Source of the DNA: a virus
Direction: 5' to 3' (one strand)
Length of the DNA stretch: 64,000 nt
Virus record (IMG/VR): IMGVR_UViG_3300045988_119718
Span: 128,001-192,000 of that record
Below, one piece after another: positions 18,590-28,015 of the stretch. Position 1 is the first letter of the stretch. Each line of letters begins with the position of its first letter. Below the pieces are notes generated by a model. The model saw nothing but the letters and a program-made list of their open reading frames with translations. It did not search any database and had not been told where the DNA came from. The position numbers were made by a program, and so were the translations under genes.

Positions 18590-19831
18590 ATGCCAGAAAC
18601 TAAATATTTTCTTGATGCGGCTGGTTTAGCTCGTTTTAAAACAAAGCAGGATGCAGCTAATGAAGGCAAATTCTTAGGTATTAATGCTAAAGCTAAGACT
18701 GCTGGTGCAGCAGATACCGCTGCAAAGCTTGCTGCTGCTGTAGCTATCAACGGTGTACTCTTTGATGGTTCTAAGGCTATTACTATTGAAGATGGCACTA
18801 AGCTTTCTCTCGCTGATGCTGAAAAGCTTTATCTCAAGAAGGCTACTGCTGATACCACCTATCTTCCGCTCCATGGTACTGCCGATAAAGCAACCAAGCT
18901 TGCTAATCAGGTAAAGATCAATGGTGTACTCTTTGATGGCTCTGCTGATATCACTGTAGAAGATGCTACCAAGTTACCGCTCCATGGTAAGGCTGATACC
19001 GCTGGTACTGCTGACACTGCTGCTGAAGCTACTCATGCTGCTGCCGCAGATACTGCAACCAAACTTGCAGCTGCTGTAACGATTAACGGTGTTGACTTCG
19101 ATGGTTCTAAAGCTATCACTATCAATGCTGTAGATTCAACTGCTCGTATCGCTGAATCTGAGAAGGGTGTTGCAAACGGTGTTGCTACCCTTGATACTGC
19201 TGGTAAGGTTCCGGCTGCTCAGTTACCGTCTTACGTTGATGACGTAAAAGAATATGAAAACAAGGCTGCTTTCCCTGAAACTGGTGAAGCTGATAAGATT
19301 TATGTAGATATTGATACCGGTAGCATTTATCGTTGGTCTGGTACGCAGTATATTCAGATTAATACTTCTGTAGCATCTGCTGATACTGCTGTCAAACTTG
19401 CAACGGCTCGCAAGATTGCTGGTGTTCCGTTTGATGGTTCTGCTGATATCACCATTCCGGCTGGTAACGTCGGTGCTTTCACCAAAGAAGAAACCACTAC
19501 TACCTTCCTTTCCAAAGCTGATGCTACGACTACTTATGTTGCTATTACTCCAGGCAAAGACCTCTCTGATAACAACTTCACGACTGAACTTCTCACCAAA
19601 CTTAACGGTATTGAAGAAGGTGCTAACAAGTATGATCTTCCGCAGGCTTCCTCTACCACCCTCGGCGGTGTAACGGTTGGCAGCAACATTACCGTAAAGA
19701 CTGGTACTATTTCTTTAGCTAAGGAAAATGTAATTGCAGCTCTCGGTTATACTCCGTCTGATTCCGCAGCAGAAGTACCGGTAGAAGCTATTTCCGATAC
19801 CGAAATCGATAAGCTCTTTGCTACTGAATAA
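18590..19831 (+). CDS. tail fibre protein with Phage_fiber_2-type repeats (AxKLAxAxxINGVxFDGSxxITI); atypical codon usage
   Basis: At least 5 repeats such as 'ATKLANQVKINGVLFDGSADITV'. Codons are GCT/GGT/CCG/CTC-rich, unlike the genome-wide A/T-ending preference. Confidence 0.7.
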   Translation: MPETKYFLDAAGLARFKTKQDAANEGKFLGINAKAKTAGAADTAAKLAAAVAINGVLFDGSKAITIEDGTKLSLADAEKLYLKKATADTTYLPLHGTADKATKLANQVKINGVLFDGSADITVEDATKLPLHGKADTAGTADTAAEATHAAAADTATKLAAAVTINGVDFDGSKAITINAVDSTARIAESEKGVANGVATLDTAGKVPAAQLPSYVDDVKEYENKAAFPETGEADKIYVDIDTGSIYRWSGTQYIQINTSVASADTAVKLATARKIAGVPFDGSADITIPAGNVGAFTKEETTTTFLSKADATTTYVAITPGKDLSDNNFTTELLTKLNGIEEGANKYDLPQASSTTLGGVTVGSNITVKTGTISLAKENVIAALGYTPSDSAAEVPVEAISDTEIDKLFATE

Positions 19832-19868
19832 TAAATAATTATATTTATGAACTAGCAAAGGAGGATAT

Positions 19869-20375
19869 ATGGCAAGTGCTACACCAATTATCACTATTTG
19901 TGATAGGGATGATAGAGAAATCAGTTCTCCTTGGGGAGTAGGAACCTTAGATGTAAATAATGGCTCTGCTGTACCTCAGTCCGAAACTAAGGAAATCCAT
20001 ATATGGAATAATAAGGGTGGCATTGAAAGTGCAGCTGACTTAGTAAGTTCTTATATCACCACTAAGAATATTAATGGTGATAACTTGAATGAACAGTTAG
20101 TTACTGATAAATGGGTACAAGCTAATTATAAGAATGAATCTATCTCAGCTCTTAACGGCTTCCATGCTATTGGTGGGGATGATATATTAGAAATTTGCTC
20201 TGATAGTGCTACTGGTATAGACAAAGAAAATCATGTAATTTCTGGTACTGCTAACTCCGGTTCTACAACTGATATGTCTAACTTTGCTACTGTTCGTTTA
20301 AAAGTAGTTCCTAAAATAAATGCATTAAAAGGTCTACATCAGTTTAAAGTAAGAATATCAGGGTATTATACTTAA
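19869..20375 (+). CDS. hypothetical protein (possible tail-fibre accessory protein)
   Basis: 168-aa ORF. TAATG overlap with the next gene. Confidence 0.45.
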   Translation: MASATPIITICDRDDREISSPWGVGTLDVNNGSAVPQSETKEIHIWNNKGGIESAADLVSSYITTKNINGDNLNEQLVTDKWVQANYKNESISALNGFHAIGGDDILEICSDSATGIDKENHVISGTANSGSTTDMSNFATVRLKVVPKINALKGLHQFKVRISGYYT

Positions 20376-21025
20376 TGATGGTATATGAATTAAAATCTAT
20401 TCCATTATATACTAATTCATCTGAACAATCTTATGGTTGGTTTATTATTTACAATAATCATTCCATTGTATATGAGCATACTAGCTATGCTCATATACAA
20501 TATTCAACTATTTCTAAAGATAATATCAATCTATTTGGATTATATGGGAATGATTTTAAATTAGTTTCCAACTTCTCAGATGGATCTATGTATATTTATT
20601 GGAAAGATAATCTGATTACTAAATTTAATTTTCTATTGTCAAATAAAGCAATAGAAACGAATTTAAACTCACATGTATACCATTGTAGACCATTTCATTT
20701 AAAAAGTTTTATTTATGATTTCAATATGTTTAATGCCATTAATTCTAATGGATATATGACTAATAAATATTACTCTGGGTATAATGGGTTGATTTTAGCC
20801 AATAATTATCCATTAAAAGTAAAGCAGTACTTCTCTATAGACTTAATGGATCATCCTAAGGAGTTAGCTATAATAACTAAATTAGAAAAAATAAAAGATA
20901 TTGAATATCCAAAAGATAATTTTATATTCTCAGTAATTAAGAATGATAAAATTTCTAAAGACAATTCTCAATTAAACTTATTAAATGATAATGTATTTAA
21001 ACATAAAACTATTTTTAAACTCTAA
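20375..21025 (+). CDS. hypothetical protein
   Basis: 216-aa ORF. Confidence 0.45.
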   Translation: MMVYELKSIPLYTNSSEQSYGWFIIYNNHSIVYEHTSYAHIQYSTISKDNINLFGLYGNDFKLVSNFSDGSMYIYWKDNLITKFNFLLSNKAIETNLNSHVYHCRPFHLKSFIYDFNMFNAINSNGYMTNKYYSGYNGLILANNYPLKVKQYFSIDLMDHPKELAIITKLEKIKDIEYPKDNFIFSVIKNDKISKDNSQLNLLNDNVFKHKTIFKL

Positions 21026-21068
21026 AGATAGGTGGTGTGCTTAAATTCATATAAGATCATCAGTATAT

Positions 21069-21350
21069 ATGCACATTTTCTATGCATTAATGGCTATTTC
21101 ACTGTTACTAATATCATTATATAAGCTTCAATATAGTAATATAAATGATAGCTTAAAGGAAAATGCTTCTATTAGAGGAAATGCAAATTTATTATATCTT
21201 CAATCCAGCATAAAAAAAGAAAATAGTGTATTAACGTCCATCTATTCTAATAATACTAATAGTAACTTTGATAAAGCCGCTATACAAGCTATTATCAATG
21301 AGCCTAAGATCGTTGGTAATGTGATAGAAACAAAAATATTAGCAAGATAA
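21069..21350 (+). CDS. small membrane-anchored protein
   Basis: N-terminal 'ALMAISLLLISLY'. Confidence 0.4.
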   Translation: MHIFYALMAISLLLISLYKLQYSNINDSLKENASIRGNANLLYLQSSIKKENSVLTSIYSNNTNSNFDKAAIQAIINEPKIVGNVIETKILAR

Positions 21351-21378
21351 TTGGATAGCTCTTTATAGAGCTATCCAA
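21351..21378. terminator. perfect palindrome 'ggatagctctttatagagctatcc' between convergent genes
   Basis: Seen directly. The loop resembles the 1142..1170 hairpin. Confidence 0.5.
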
Positions 21379-21380
21379 TT

Positions 21381-22715
21381 CTATATATTGTTATTTTGGT
21401 CTTTTACTCTATTAGAATATCCTTTTTGAGTATTAATAGCATAGTTATTAATAAACTCTAAGTCTATATAGAATACTAGCTCTGAAGTTCTTTCTACTAA
21501 TGGTTGGTTAGTACTAATTGTATAGGTATTCCAATCTATTTGTATAGGAACTTCTGATAATCCATTAAATAGTTTTACATCCATAAATACTGATGGAGAT
21601 ATAAATATAGACTTAGTGTATTCAGCTATGTCAAATAATGAATTTTCATTTCTAGATTGTATGAGTTCTTTAAAGTGAATTGTAGAAGGTTTATGTTGCT
21701 CATATATATCGTTATCTTCTATATAATCAGTAGTCATATACTGATTCCAGCCTTTATCATTCTTAAATGGTATTGCTCCAATATAGAGATTATAAATAGT
21801 ACATTTTAATGCTTTATCTATTAAAGCAAAATCATGTTTATCTTTAGCATAATAAGCATAGAATTTAGGAGCTGGGAATAAACATTCTATCTGAGTAGAT
21901 ACAACAAAGTTATTGTCTGTTTGACCTTCTCTTTCTCCTTCATCTACTTCTATATCACCACATCTAAGATGTACATACATATCTGTAAGCTTAATAAAGT
22001 ATTCATATTCTCCTTTAGTTCCTCTAAACTTACAAACAAATGGTAATCTAGAGTTCTTATTTAAGAATGATAAGAATTTACAATTATCAACTACCTGTTC
22101 ATTTCTTATCTCGAATCCAGAATCTTTAGCTATAGCCAGCATCAATGCTTTAGGAACATTAAAGTCTATTTCTGCATATCTAGTTTCAGTAGCATTAGCT
22201 CTACATGCAATTTGCATAAACTTGTATAAATCCATAGCGGTATTAAATGAAGATACTTTAATTCTAAATTCAAAATCTACTTTCCATTGTTCTAAAGTAA
22301 GAGAAACCATATTCTTATTAGTAGGGTTTACAAAGAAACAATCTTTAAATCTAGTTCTATTATTAATGATATTTCTTCCTAGTAAGTATAAATCAGTATT
22401 TTCTCTATTAAAAGTATAATCCATTCTAGGTCTAATAGCTAAAGCTGGTTTATTCTTTCTAATATTATTAATCATATCATTAGATAAAAAATCTCTAAGT
22501 ATATTTCTACCAGCTATATATTCTGATTTAAAGAAATCAGGTTGAAATTTATTTTTAAACCATTTTCTCATATATTCTACACAAATAGAATATGATGAAG
22601 AAACCGATGGAATACATAATGACATAGCATATTCATTCTTAAATCGCTTTAAATCTTTTATTGGAGAATCATGAGTAGTTACTAAATATTGAGGGTTATC
22701 ATGATTAAATCCCAT
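21381..22715 (-). CDS. hypothetical protein
   Basis: 444-aa ORF. Confidence 0.5.
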   Translation of the reverse strand: MGFNHDNPQYLVTTHDSPIKDLKRFKNEYAMSLCIPSVSSSYSICVEYMRKWFKNKFQPDFFKSEYIAGRNILRDFLSNDMINNIRKNKPALAIRPRMDYTFNRENTDLYLLGRNIINNRTRFKDCFFVNPTNKNMVSLTLEQWKVDFEFRIKVSSFNTAMDLYKFMQIACRANATETRYAEIDFNVPKALMLAIAKDSGFEIRNEQVVDNCKFLSFLNKNSRLPFVCKFRGTKGEYEYFIKLTDMYVHLRCGDIEVDEGEREGQTDNNFVVSTQIECLFPAPKFYAYYAKDKHDFALIDKALKCTIYNLYIGAIPFKNDKGWNQYMTTDYIEDNDIYEQHKPSTIHFKELIQSRNENSLFDIAEYTKSIFISPSVFMDVKLFNGLSEVPIQIDWNTYTISTNQPLVERTSELVFYIDLEFINNYAINTQKGYSNRVKDQNNNI

Positions 22716-22756
22716 ATTAACTCCTCCTTTCTAAAATTAATGATATGTCCAAAAAA

Positions 22757-22788
22757 TAAAGAGATGCTGAATAATCAGCATCTCTTTA
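22757..22788 (-). terminator. hairpin 'aaagagatgctga…tcagcatctcttt' followed by a U-tract on the minus strand
   Basis: Seen directly. Downstream of beta-prime exon 2. Confidence 0.45.
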
Positions 22789-22792
22789 TAGA

Positions 22793-23032
22793 TTAATCAA
22801 TATGGTATTTTTCTTTCAACTGTTGTATCTTCTGTTTCTGCCCTATAGAATAATTATCTCTTCCAATATTGATTAAACCATTAGCATTAATAATCATATC
22901 TTTAAAAATATTCATATCATTGTTAAAGGTTCCATCATTTCTAGAAATCATCATAGAATTTCTTGGATTAAATACTTCCATAGCAGATTCCCAAAACTTT
23001 TTATTTGGCACATAGATAATATTCAAGCAATC
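22793..23032 (-). CDS. RNAP beta-prime exon 2 (begins D-CLNIIYVP…, supplying the last Asp of NADFDGD)
   Basis: 'DCLNIIYVPNKKFWESAMEVFNPRNSMMISRNDG' aligns with the E. coli beta-prime '[33 protein letters not shown]'. The track ORF's N-terminal extension (MLTHKTF…) is intron sequence. Confidence 0.6.
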   Translation of the reverse strand, partial: DCLNIIYVPNKKFWESAMEVFNPRNSMMISRNDGTFNNDMNIFKDMIINANGLINIGRDNYSIGQKQKIQQLKEKYHID

Positions 23033-23393
23033 CTTTTTCTTTACATAGGTCGTTAGTCTATGCAGTTCTCTTAAGAACGTCTTATGCGTTAGCATAAGTA
23101 GAGACTATATCTACATCTCATAGAGATGATACGCACTTCGGATACACTTGTATCCTACTCCTTACGGATAGTCGTTGAACAGAATTAGAAATTCATATTT
23201 CTAAAACTTGCTGCTGATTGTACATTGCATATACTTTTAGGATTTCTCCATGAGTAATCTTATAGATTTTTTCTGTATTTCTACTGCATTCACACTTATA
23301 CTTTCTATCGTATTATGTTGTAGCTCTATAAGCTTTAGCACTTTCCAGCAATTCACGTATTTTAAATTACACTATCGCTAGTATAATTGGCAA
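23033..23393 (-). other. group I self-splicing intron (~360 nt) in the RNAP beta-prime gene
   Basis: On the minus strand, P 'AATTGCTGGAAAG', Q 'AATCAGCAGC', R 'GTTCAACGACTAT' and S 'AGATATAGTC' occur in canonical order. The 5' exon ends in U (…GAU GGU|). The intron ends …AAAAAG| before GAT of exon 2. A candidate P1 'GCCA' pairs with 'UGGU'. Confidence 0.7.
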
Positions 23394-24773
23394 TTATTTA
23401 CCATCGAAGTCTGCTGCCATAGTTGCAAGAATCTGTAAAGGCATACCCATTGTGTAGTCATCATTAATAGCTACACATTGTACTGCCAGAATAGAACCAT
23501 AATTAATTGTAGGATTACGATTAATCAATACATTAATACCAGAAGTATCGATGATATTTTGAATAATATCTCTAATACGTTTATCCTCTTTCAGTAATCC
23601 TTGCTTATATCTCATATATGCTGTATTATATGAAATATTATAAGTTCTTACTAAAATATTAATTACAGTCTGTTGAAGTAATTCCAATAATGTAAAATAA
23701 GATAATGTAACCTGATCTACTCTAAGTTTAGGGTCGGGAACAATAACTGATCTAGATGTAAATCCACATCTACCACCAATCAGTCTTTTAATAACACCAT
23801 TCTTATCTTTGCAGATATTAATTACTTCAGTATACAGCTCCAGATATCTCTGTTGAAGATTCCACAATAGTACATTTCTATGTTTTGGAATTCTGTAAAT
23901 AGACAATGTGTCATCATTAATCTTAGCTGCTAACTTAGCCATCATATTATAGATACCATTGGTTTTTTCATATGTAAATCTACCATCTCTTCTATCAAAT
24001 GGTCTAAGAGCTGTAGAATACACTGGAATACTATGAATAAAGATTTTATCTCTATTCTCTAAGATATCTTGATAATAATCAGGTTTCTTATTTTTATTCT
24101 TCTTATGAAAATATTCTAGGATTTCATCAAATCTATGATAAAATTCAATCAATCCAATTCCTTTATACTTTTCATCTAACTTAGTCTTTCTAGTAGACCT
24201 CTTAGCTGTAGATTTAATAATTTTAGAAGAATACTTTTGTACTGGTTTACCATTTTCATCGAGATCAATAATTGGTTCTACAATAGAAGCAAACTGATCT
24301 TTACCAATATAGCTTTCCAATACATAGAATAAATTCGGATGAATAATTGGATATCCTTCTTTAAGAGTAATCCAACCAGTCATCTCAAAATCTTCACCTA
24401 CATAGATTACTCTGGAATGACAATATGGGCAGATCATTCCTTCATAATTCTTCCCTTGTGTTCTTTTGCATTTACAAGAATATCTATCTGTAAATGCATC
24501 AGGGTCTTGCATAGTTTTTGTAAACTTGGATGAGAAAATAGAATTATCGCTTTTTAATCCTACATCAATAGCTTTCTTATCATCCTCAGGTTCATCAATA
24601 ATAAACCCTTTTCCCGATATCAGGTCTTTTGCTTTCTCTTCATCTAGATTTAATCGTAACAACCTAGTTTGGAAAGTAAACTTCTTTGATACTGGATAAT
24701 TAACGGTTAAGTTTAATTCCATATTACTCTCCTTCTCTTTAAAAACAAATAAAAAAGAATGAGTCAAGCTCAT
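23394..24773 (-). CDS. rpoC: RNAP beta-prime N-terminal fragment, exon 1 (Zn finger to catalytic AADFDG)
   Basis: 'CKCKRTQGKNYEGMICPYCHSRV' (Zn ribbon), 'LRPFDRRDGRF', 'INRNPTINYGSILAVQ…AADFDG' then an in-frame stop because of the intron. Confidence 0.8.
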   Translation of the reverse strand: MSLTHSFLFVFKEKESNMELNLTVNYPVSKKFTFQTRLLRLNLDEEKAKDLISGKGFIIDEPEDDKKAIDVGLKSDNSIFSSKFTKTMQDPDAFTDRYSCKCKRTQGKNYEGMICPYCHSRVIYVGEDFEMTGWITLKEGYPIIHPNLFYVLESYIGKDQFASIVEPIIDLDENGKPVQKYSSKIIKSTAKRSTRKTKLDEKYKGIGLIEFYHRFDEILEYFHKKNKNKKPDYYQDILENRDKIFIHSIPVYSTALRPFDRRDGRFTYEKTNGIYNMMAKLAAKINDDTLSIYRIPKHRNVLLWNLQQRYLELYTEVINICKDKNGVIKRLIGGRCGFTSRSVIVPDPKLRVDQVTLSYFTLLELLQQTVINILVRTYNISYNTAYMRYKQGLLKEDKRIRDIIQNIIDTSGINVLINRNPTINYGSILAVQCVAINDDYTMGMPLQILATMAADFDGK

Positions 24774-24788
24774 TCTTTTTTATATTAT

Positions 24789-25085
24789 CTACTTGTTTTT
24801 ATCTTTGTCAATCTTAATATGAATACCGCTATCATCTTTTTTAAATTTTATTTTAAGATCAAACAGTATATTTGCAATATCACTAAGTACTCCAGCTACA
24901 CCACTACTTTCTGTTGGGCTATCATCTGGATAATAGTTTCTCTTAATTCTATGAGTATTGGATTTATCAATACGATTAACGACATGTCTCAATTCTTTCT
25001 TTTCATCTGTCATAATAAACATCCTTCCCATAAAAATAATTGTTACTGAATATGATGAGGCATGGTATTCATAGCAAAAATACAA
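24789..25085 (-). CDS. hypothetical protein
   Basis: 98-aa ORF. Confidence 0.4.
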   Translation of the reverse strand: MYFCYEYHASSYSVTIIFMGRMFIMTDEKKELRHVVNRIDKSNTHRIKRNYYPDDSPTESSGVAGVLSDIANILFDLKIKFKKDDSGIHIKIDKDKNK

Positions 25086-25351
25086 CCGTCATCATATGAG
25101 CACTCAGGTATTCCTTTAAGATTGATATCTACATGAGTTAAAGCTTCATTGAAAATATCAAATAAATGCATAATTTTACCGTCTGGATATTTGATTTTCC
25201 AATCCAGCATTCGTCTTATATCAACATTCATCTCGATATCATTATCATTATATAAGGTATATACTTCTTTACCTTTCTCATCGATAATCTTTAACTCATA
25301 ATCAGTATTGTTTTGTATCATCATTATTATCACCTTCTTTACTAACAACAA
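25043..25351 (-). CDS. hypothetical protein
   Basis: 102-aa ORF. Confidence 0.4.
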   Translation of the reverse strand: MLLVKKVIIMMIQNNTDYELKIIDEKGKEVYTLYNDNDIEMNVDIRRMLDWKIKYPDGKIMHLFDIFNEALTHVDINLKGIPECSYDDGCIFAMNTMPHHIQ

Positions 25352-25754
25352 TAGACTGATTATGCCACAACTTAATCATTCTTTTATAAAGCAAATTAAG
25401 CCTTCTTACTTTGTTATACCTTTTAGAAAAAGTATAGTACAAACTAAGAATACAAATATTAGATGGCTTAGGAATGGCAGCAAAATCACTTTCTTGTTTC
25501 GCATCACGTACCATATTCATAATAACCTCAGAATTCCAAACAAGATTTCCATGATTATCGTAAATGTCACTCATTGGATTATCAATAATTTGTTTATCGA
25601 AATCATACAACGCATTATAAACCTCAGGTTTATAATTACCATTAGCATCTTTACATACGCTAAAGAAATACCTTTCAATAGCTGTTGTAGGAATAGCGAT
25701 AACGTTTGTAGGCAAACGATCATTAGAACCTTTTTTATCAAATACTAATTTCAT
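25302..25754 (-). CDS. hypothetical protein, paralogue of 25941..26378
   Basis: Shared '(A/C)(I/V)PTT…(G/H)GN(Y/I)KP(E/S)VYN(A/M)LY…KPS(N/T)(I/L)C(I/L)…LYYT'. Confidence 0.5.
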   Translation of the reverse strand: MKLVFDKKGSNDRLPTNVIAIPTTAIERYFFSVCKDANGNYKPEVYNALYDFDKQIIDNPMSDIYDNHGNLVWNSEVIMNMVRDAKQESDFAAIPKPSNICILSLYYTFSKRYNKVRRLNLLYKRMIKLWHNQSIVVSKEGDNNDDTKQY

Positions 25755-25940
25755 TTTAATTACTCCTTTACTTCATACAAAATAAGTGCTACAAAATTCA
25801 TATACACATGATCCCCAGTAGATGAAGTTTTATATCAATAATTTTACCTTTATCCTCTGCTTGAATTTCTGTAATACGTTCATTAATTAAACTTTCTATA
25901 GAATAATCACGATCAGTTACAGTATTATATTTAACGCACG

Positions 25941-26378
25941 CTACTTGTACCATTTTTCTTCCTCCGTATCTTTGAGTAAAATATCTATACCAGCCTTAAT
26001 AATTTTATCTGTCATTTCACGATTATTATTAATAGTATAGAATAAGTCGATCAAGCACAAAGTACTAGGCTTTAGAAATGGTAATTTTTTTATAGTCCAC
26101 TTATCTTCTTCTTTATCACGCAACCTTTCTACTTCATCCTTAATAATTTGGGATGCAATATATGCATCCCTATTGTCATCACCATAACTATCATGAAAAA
26201 TATTATCAACAATACCATCTCTGTAATTGTATAACATATTATACACAGATGGTTTAATATTTCCATGCTCATCAGTGGACTTCTTAATAAATTCTTTCTC
26301 CTCTTCTGTTGTTGGAACACAACAGATTCGATTTTTTTCAAATAATAAGCATTCATCATCATCAACACGAATTATCAT
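25941..26378 (-). CDS. hypothetical protein, paralogue of 25302..25754
   Basis: As above. Confidence 0.5.
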   Translation of the reverse strand: MIIRVDDDECLLFEKNRICCVPTTEEEKEFIKKSTDEHGNIKPSVYNMLYNYRDGIVDNIFHDSYGDDNRDAYIASQIIKDEVERLRDKEEDKWTIKKLPFLKPSTLCLIDLFYTINNNREMTDKIIKAGIDILLKDTEEEKWYK

Positions 26379-26470
26379 TTAATATTACTCCTTTCTTAAA
26401 TACAATCTGAAGATTTCAGATTATTATACATTCAATAATATAATATACAATTATTTTTAATTTTTAAAAT

Positions 26471-26498
26471 ATACTGAGCCTAATATTAGGCTCAGTAT
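26471..26498 (-). terminator. hairpin 'tactgagcctaatattaggctcagta'
   Basis: Seen directly, 3' of the minus gene 26503..26751. Confidence 0.45.
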
Positions 26499-26502
26499 AG
26501 TA

Positions 26503-26751
26503 TTATCTATTTTTATATTTAACCATCAAGATATTACCAATTCTTATAGGCAATACATTAGCATATACTCTAGATTCAGCATCTATAGATATATTAAGTT
26601 TAACCCCTCTAGGGCCTATCATTTTATAGTCTGACTGTTTTACTCTAGTACCATTAATATCTATTGATATAATACGTGCATTCATTCTATACTTATAGTT
26701 ATTAGAGAAGTAAAATTCATTACCGTTCTTTCTTACTAGTTCTATTCTCAT
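26503..26751 (-). CDS. hypothetical protein
   Basis: 82-aa ORF. Confidence 0.4.
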   Translation of the reverse strand: MRIELVRKNGNEFYFSNNYKYRMNARIISIDINGTRVKQSDYKMIGPRGVKLNISIDAESRVYANVLPIRIGNILMVKYKNR

Positions 26752-26755
26752 AATA

Positions 26756-28012
26756 TCACTTCTTTAATCCGAATGCTTTCCATACATCTATTTCATGAAG
26801 TTTAACTGTAGAGTCATGGAATGCCTTTAATGCTTTAAGCTTTAATGCTGATGCTACTTGTGGCATAGCAACACCAATATCTTTAAATCCCGCTCTATAG
26901 AATAGATTTCCTGCACATACATTACAAATCTTATTAGGTTCTTTATATTCACATAAAGAAGAGAATCTCATTCTAACTGTTTTACCTAAATATTTATCTT
27001 TATTAGTAGAATTCAATTCTATAAGTTTATTTCCTTCTACTATATAAGAATACATCATAAGTTTAATATTATACTTATCTAATGTAATTTCTATAGTTCT
27101 CTTAGTACCACAATCAGTTCCTTTAGGAGCTAAAGTAAGATGCTGAAATGCTCTTAATAATAGTTTTTCATTGTACCCGCCTTCAGGGGTCTTCTTAGAT
27201 CTAGAATATGGGCCAGCTGCTAATGCTTTAGCTAATTTAGAATAATCATCTCTAGAAATACCATCAATGTAACTTGACATAGCTACGTCATAACCCTTAG
27301 TAGGGTCTGGGTCTTTAATAGCACCTTTCATTACAAAGATATTTTTAAAGTTATTAGCAAAAGAACCTTTAGCTTTGGAATCATACATATCCATAGATAT
27401 ATCATCTTTAAGTTCTTTTTTAGCATAGTCTAATAATTCTTTTTCTATCTTATCCGCAGCATACATATTTCTTTCTGGATCTGCTAATTCATCTGCATAT
27501 TTCTTTTCTAATTGTTTTTTCATTTTATCAATCTTATAAGAAATAGTAAGCATGTTTGTAGTAAATCCAGAGCATAGTATATTACAATAAGGCTGGAATT
27601 TCTGCTGTCTCATTAAATATCTTTTTAATGCAGACAATGGTAATCTATCTTCCATAATAGCATATGAAATCTGATCATTCATATCGCCTAATACATCTTT
27701 ATTTATAGGCTTATTGATATAATGGAATAAATCAAATAAGTCTTGTTCTATAAAACACTTATTGAACCACCATCTACCTAAAGTAGTAGTAAAAGTATTT
27801 TTATTCTTCTTATTACCAATACCATAAGAATTAGGTGGAATAGTAATAATATCATATGTATTATACTTTGGTGCTTTACCATTTAAAGTACCAAAAGTTT
27901 CCATAAGTTTAGAAAGAGATTCTACATCTTTTTGAGATAAATTTAAAAAATAATCTACTTCATCTTTGTTTGTAATCTTTCTAGCAACACGTTTGTTAGT
28001 AGATACTGCCAT
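26756..28012 (-). CDS. rpoC: RNAP beta-prime fragment containing the bridge helix and the start of the trigger loop
   Basis: 'KTPEGGYNEKLLLRAFQHLTLAPKGTDCGT' matches '[28 protein letters not shown]'. 'CNVCAGNLFYRAGFKDIGVAMPQVASAL' matches '[30 protein letters not shown]'. Confidence 0.75.
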   Translation of the reverse strand: MAVSTNKRVARKITNKDEVDYFLNLSQKDVESLSKLMETFGTLNGKAPKYNTYDIITIPPNSYGIGNKKNKNTFTTTLGRWWFNKCFIEQDLFDLFHYINKPINKDVLGDMNDQISYAIMEDRLPLSALKRYLMRQQKFQPYCNILCSGFTTNMLTISYKIDKMKKQLEKKYADELADPERNMYAADKIEKELLDYAKKELKDDISMDMYDSKAKGSFANNFKNIFVMKGAIKDPDPTKGYDVAMSSYIDGISRDDYSKLAKALAAGPYSRSKKTPEGGYNEKLLLRAFQHLTLAPKGTDCGTKRTIEITLDKYNIKLMMYSYIVEGNKLIELNSTNKDKYLGKTVRMRFSSLCEYKEPNKICNVCAGNLFYRAGFKDIGVAMPQVASALKLKALKAFHDSTVKLHEIDVWKAFGLKK

Positions 28013-28015
28013 TTA

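Noticed and set aside
22793-23095. N-terminal extension of the track ORF (MLTHKTFLRELHRLTTYVKKK…)
   Set aside because: Those codons lie inside the group I intron (P9 region). The genuine coding part starts at D-CLNIIYVP (about 23032).
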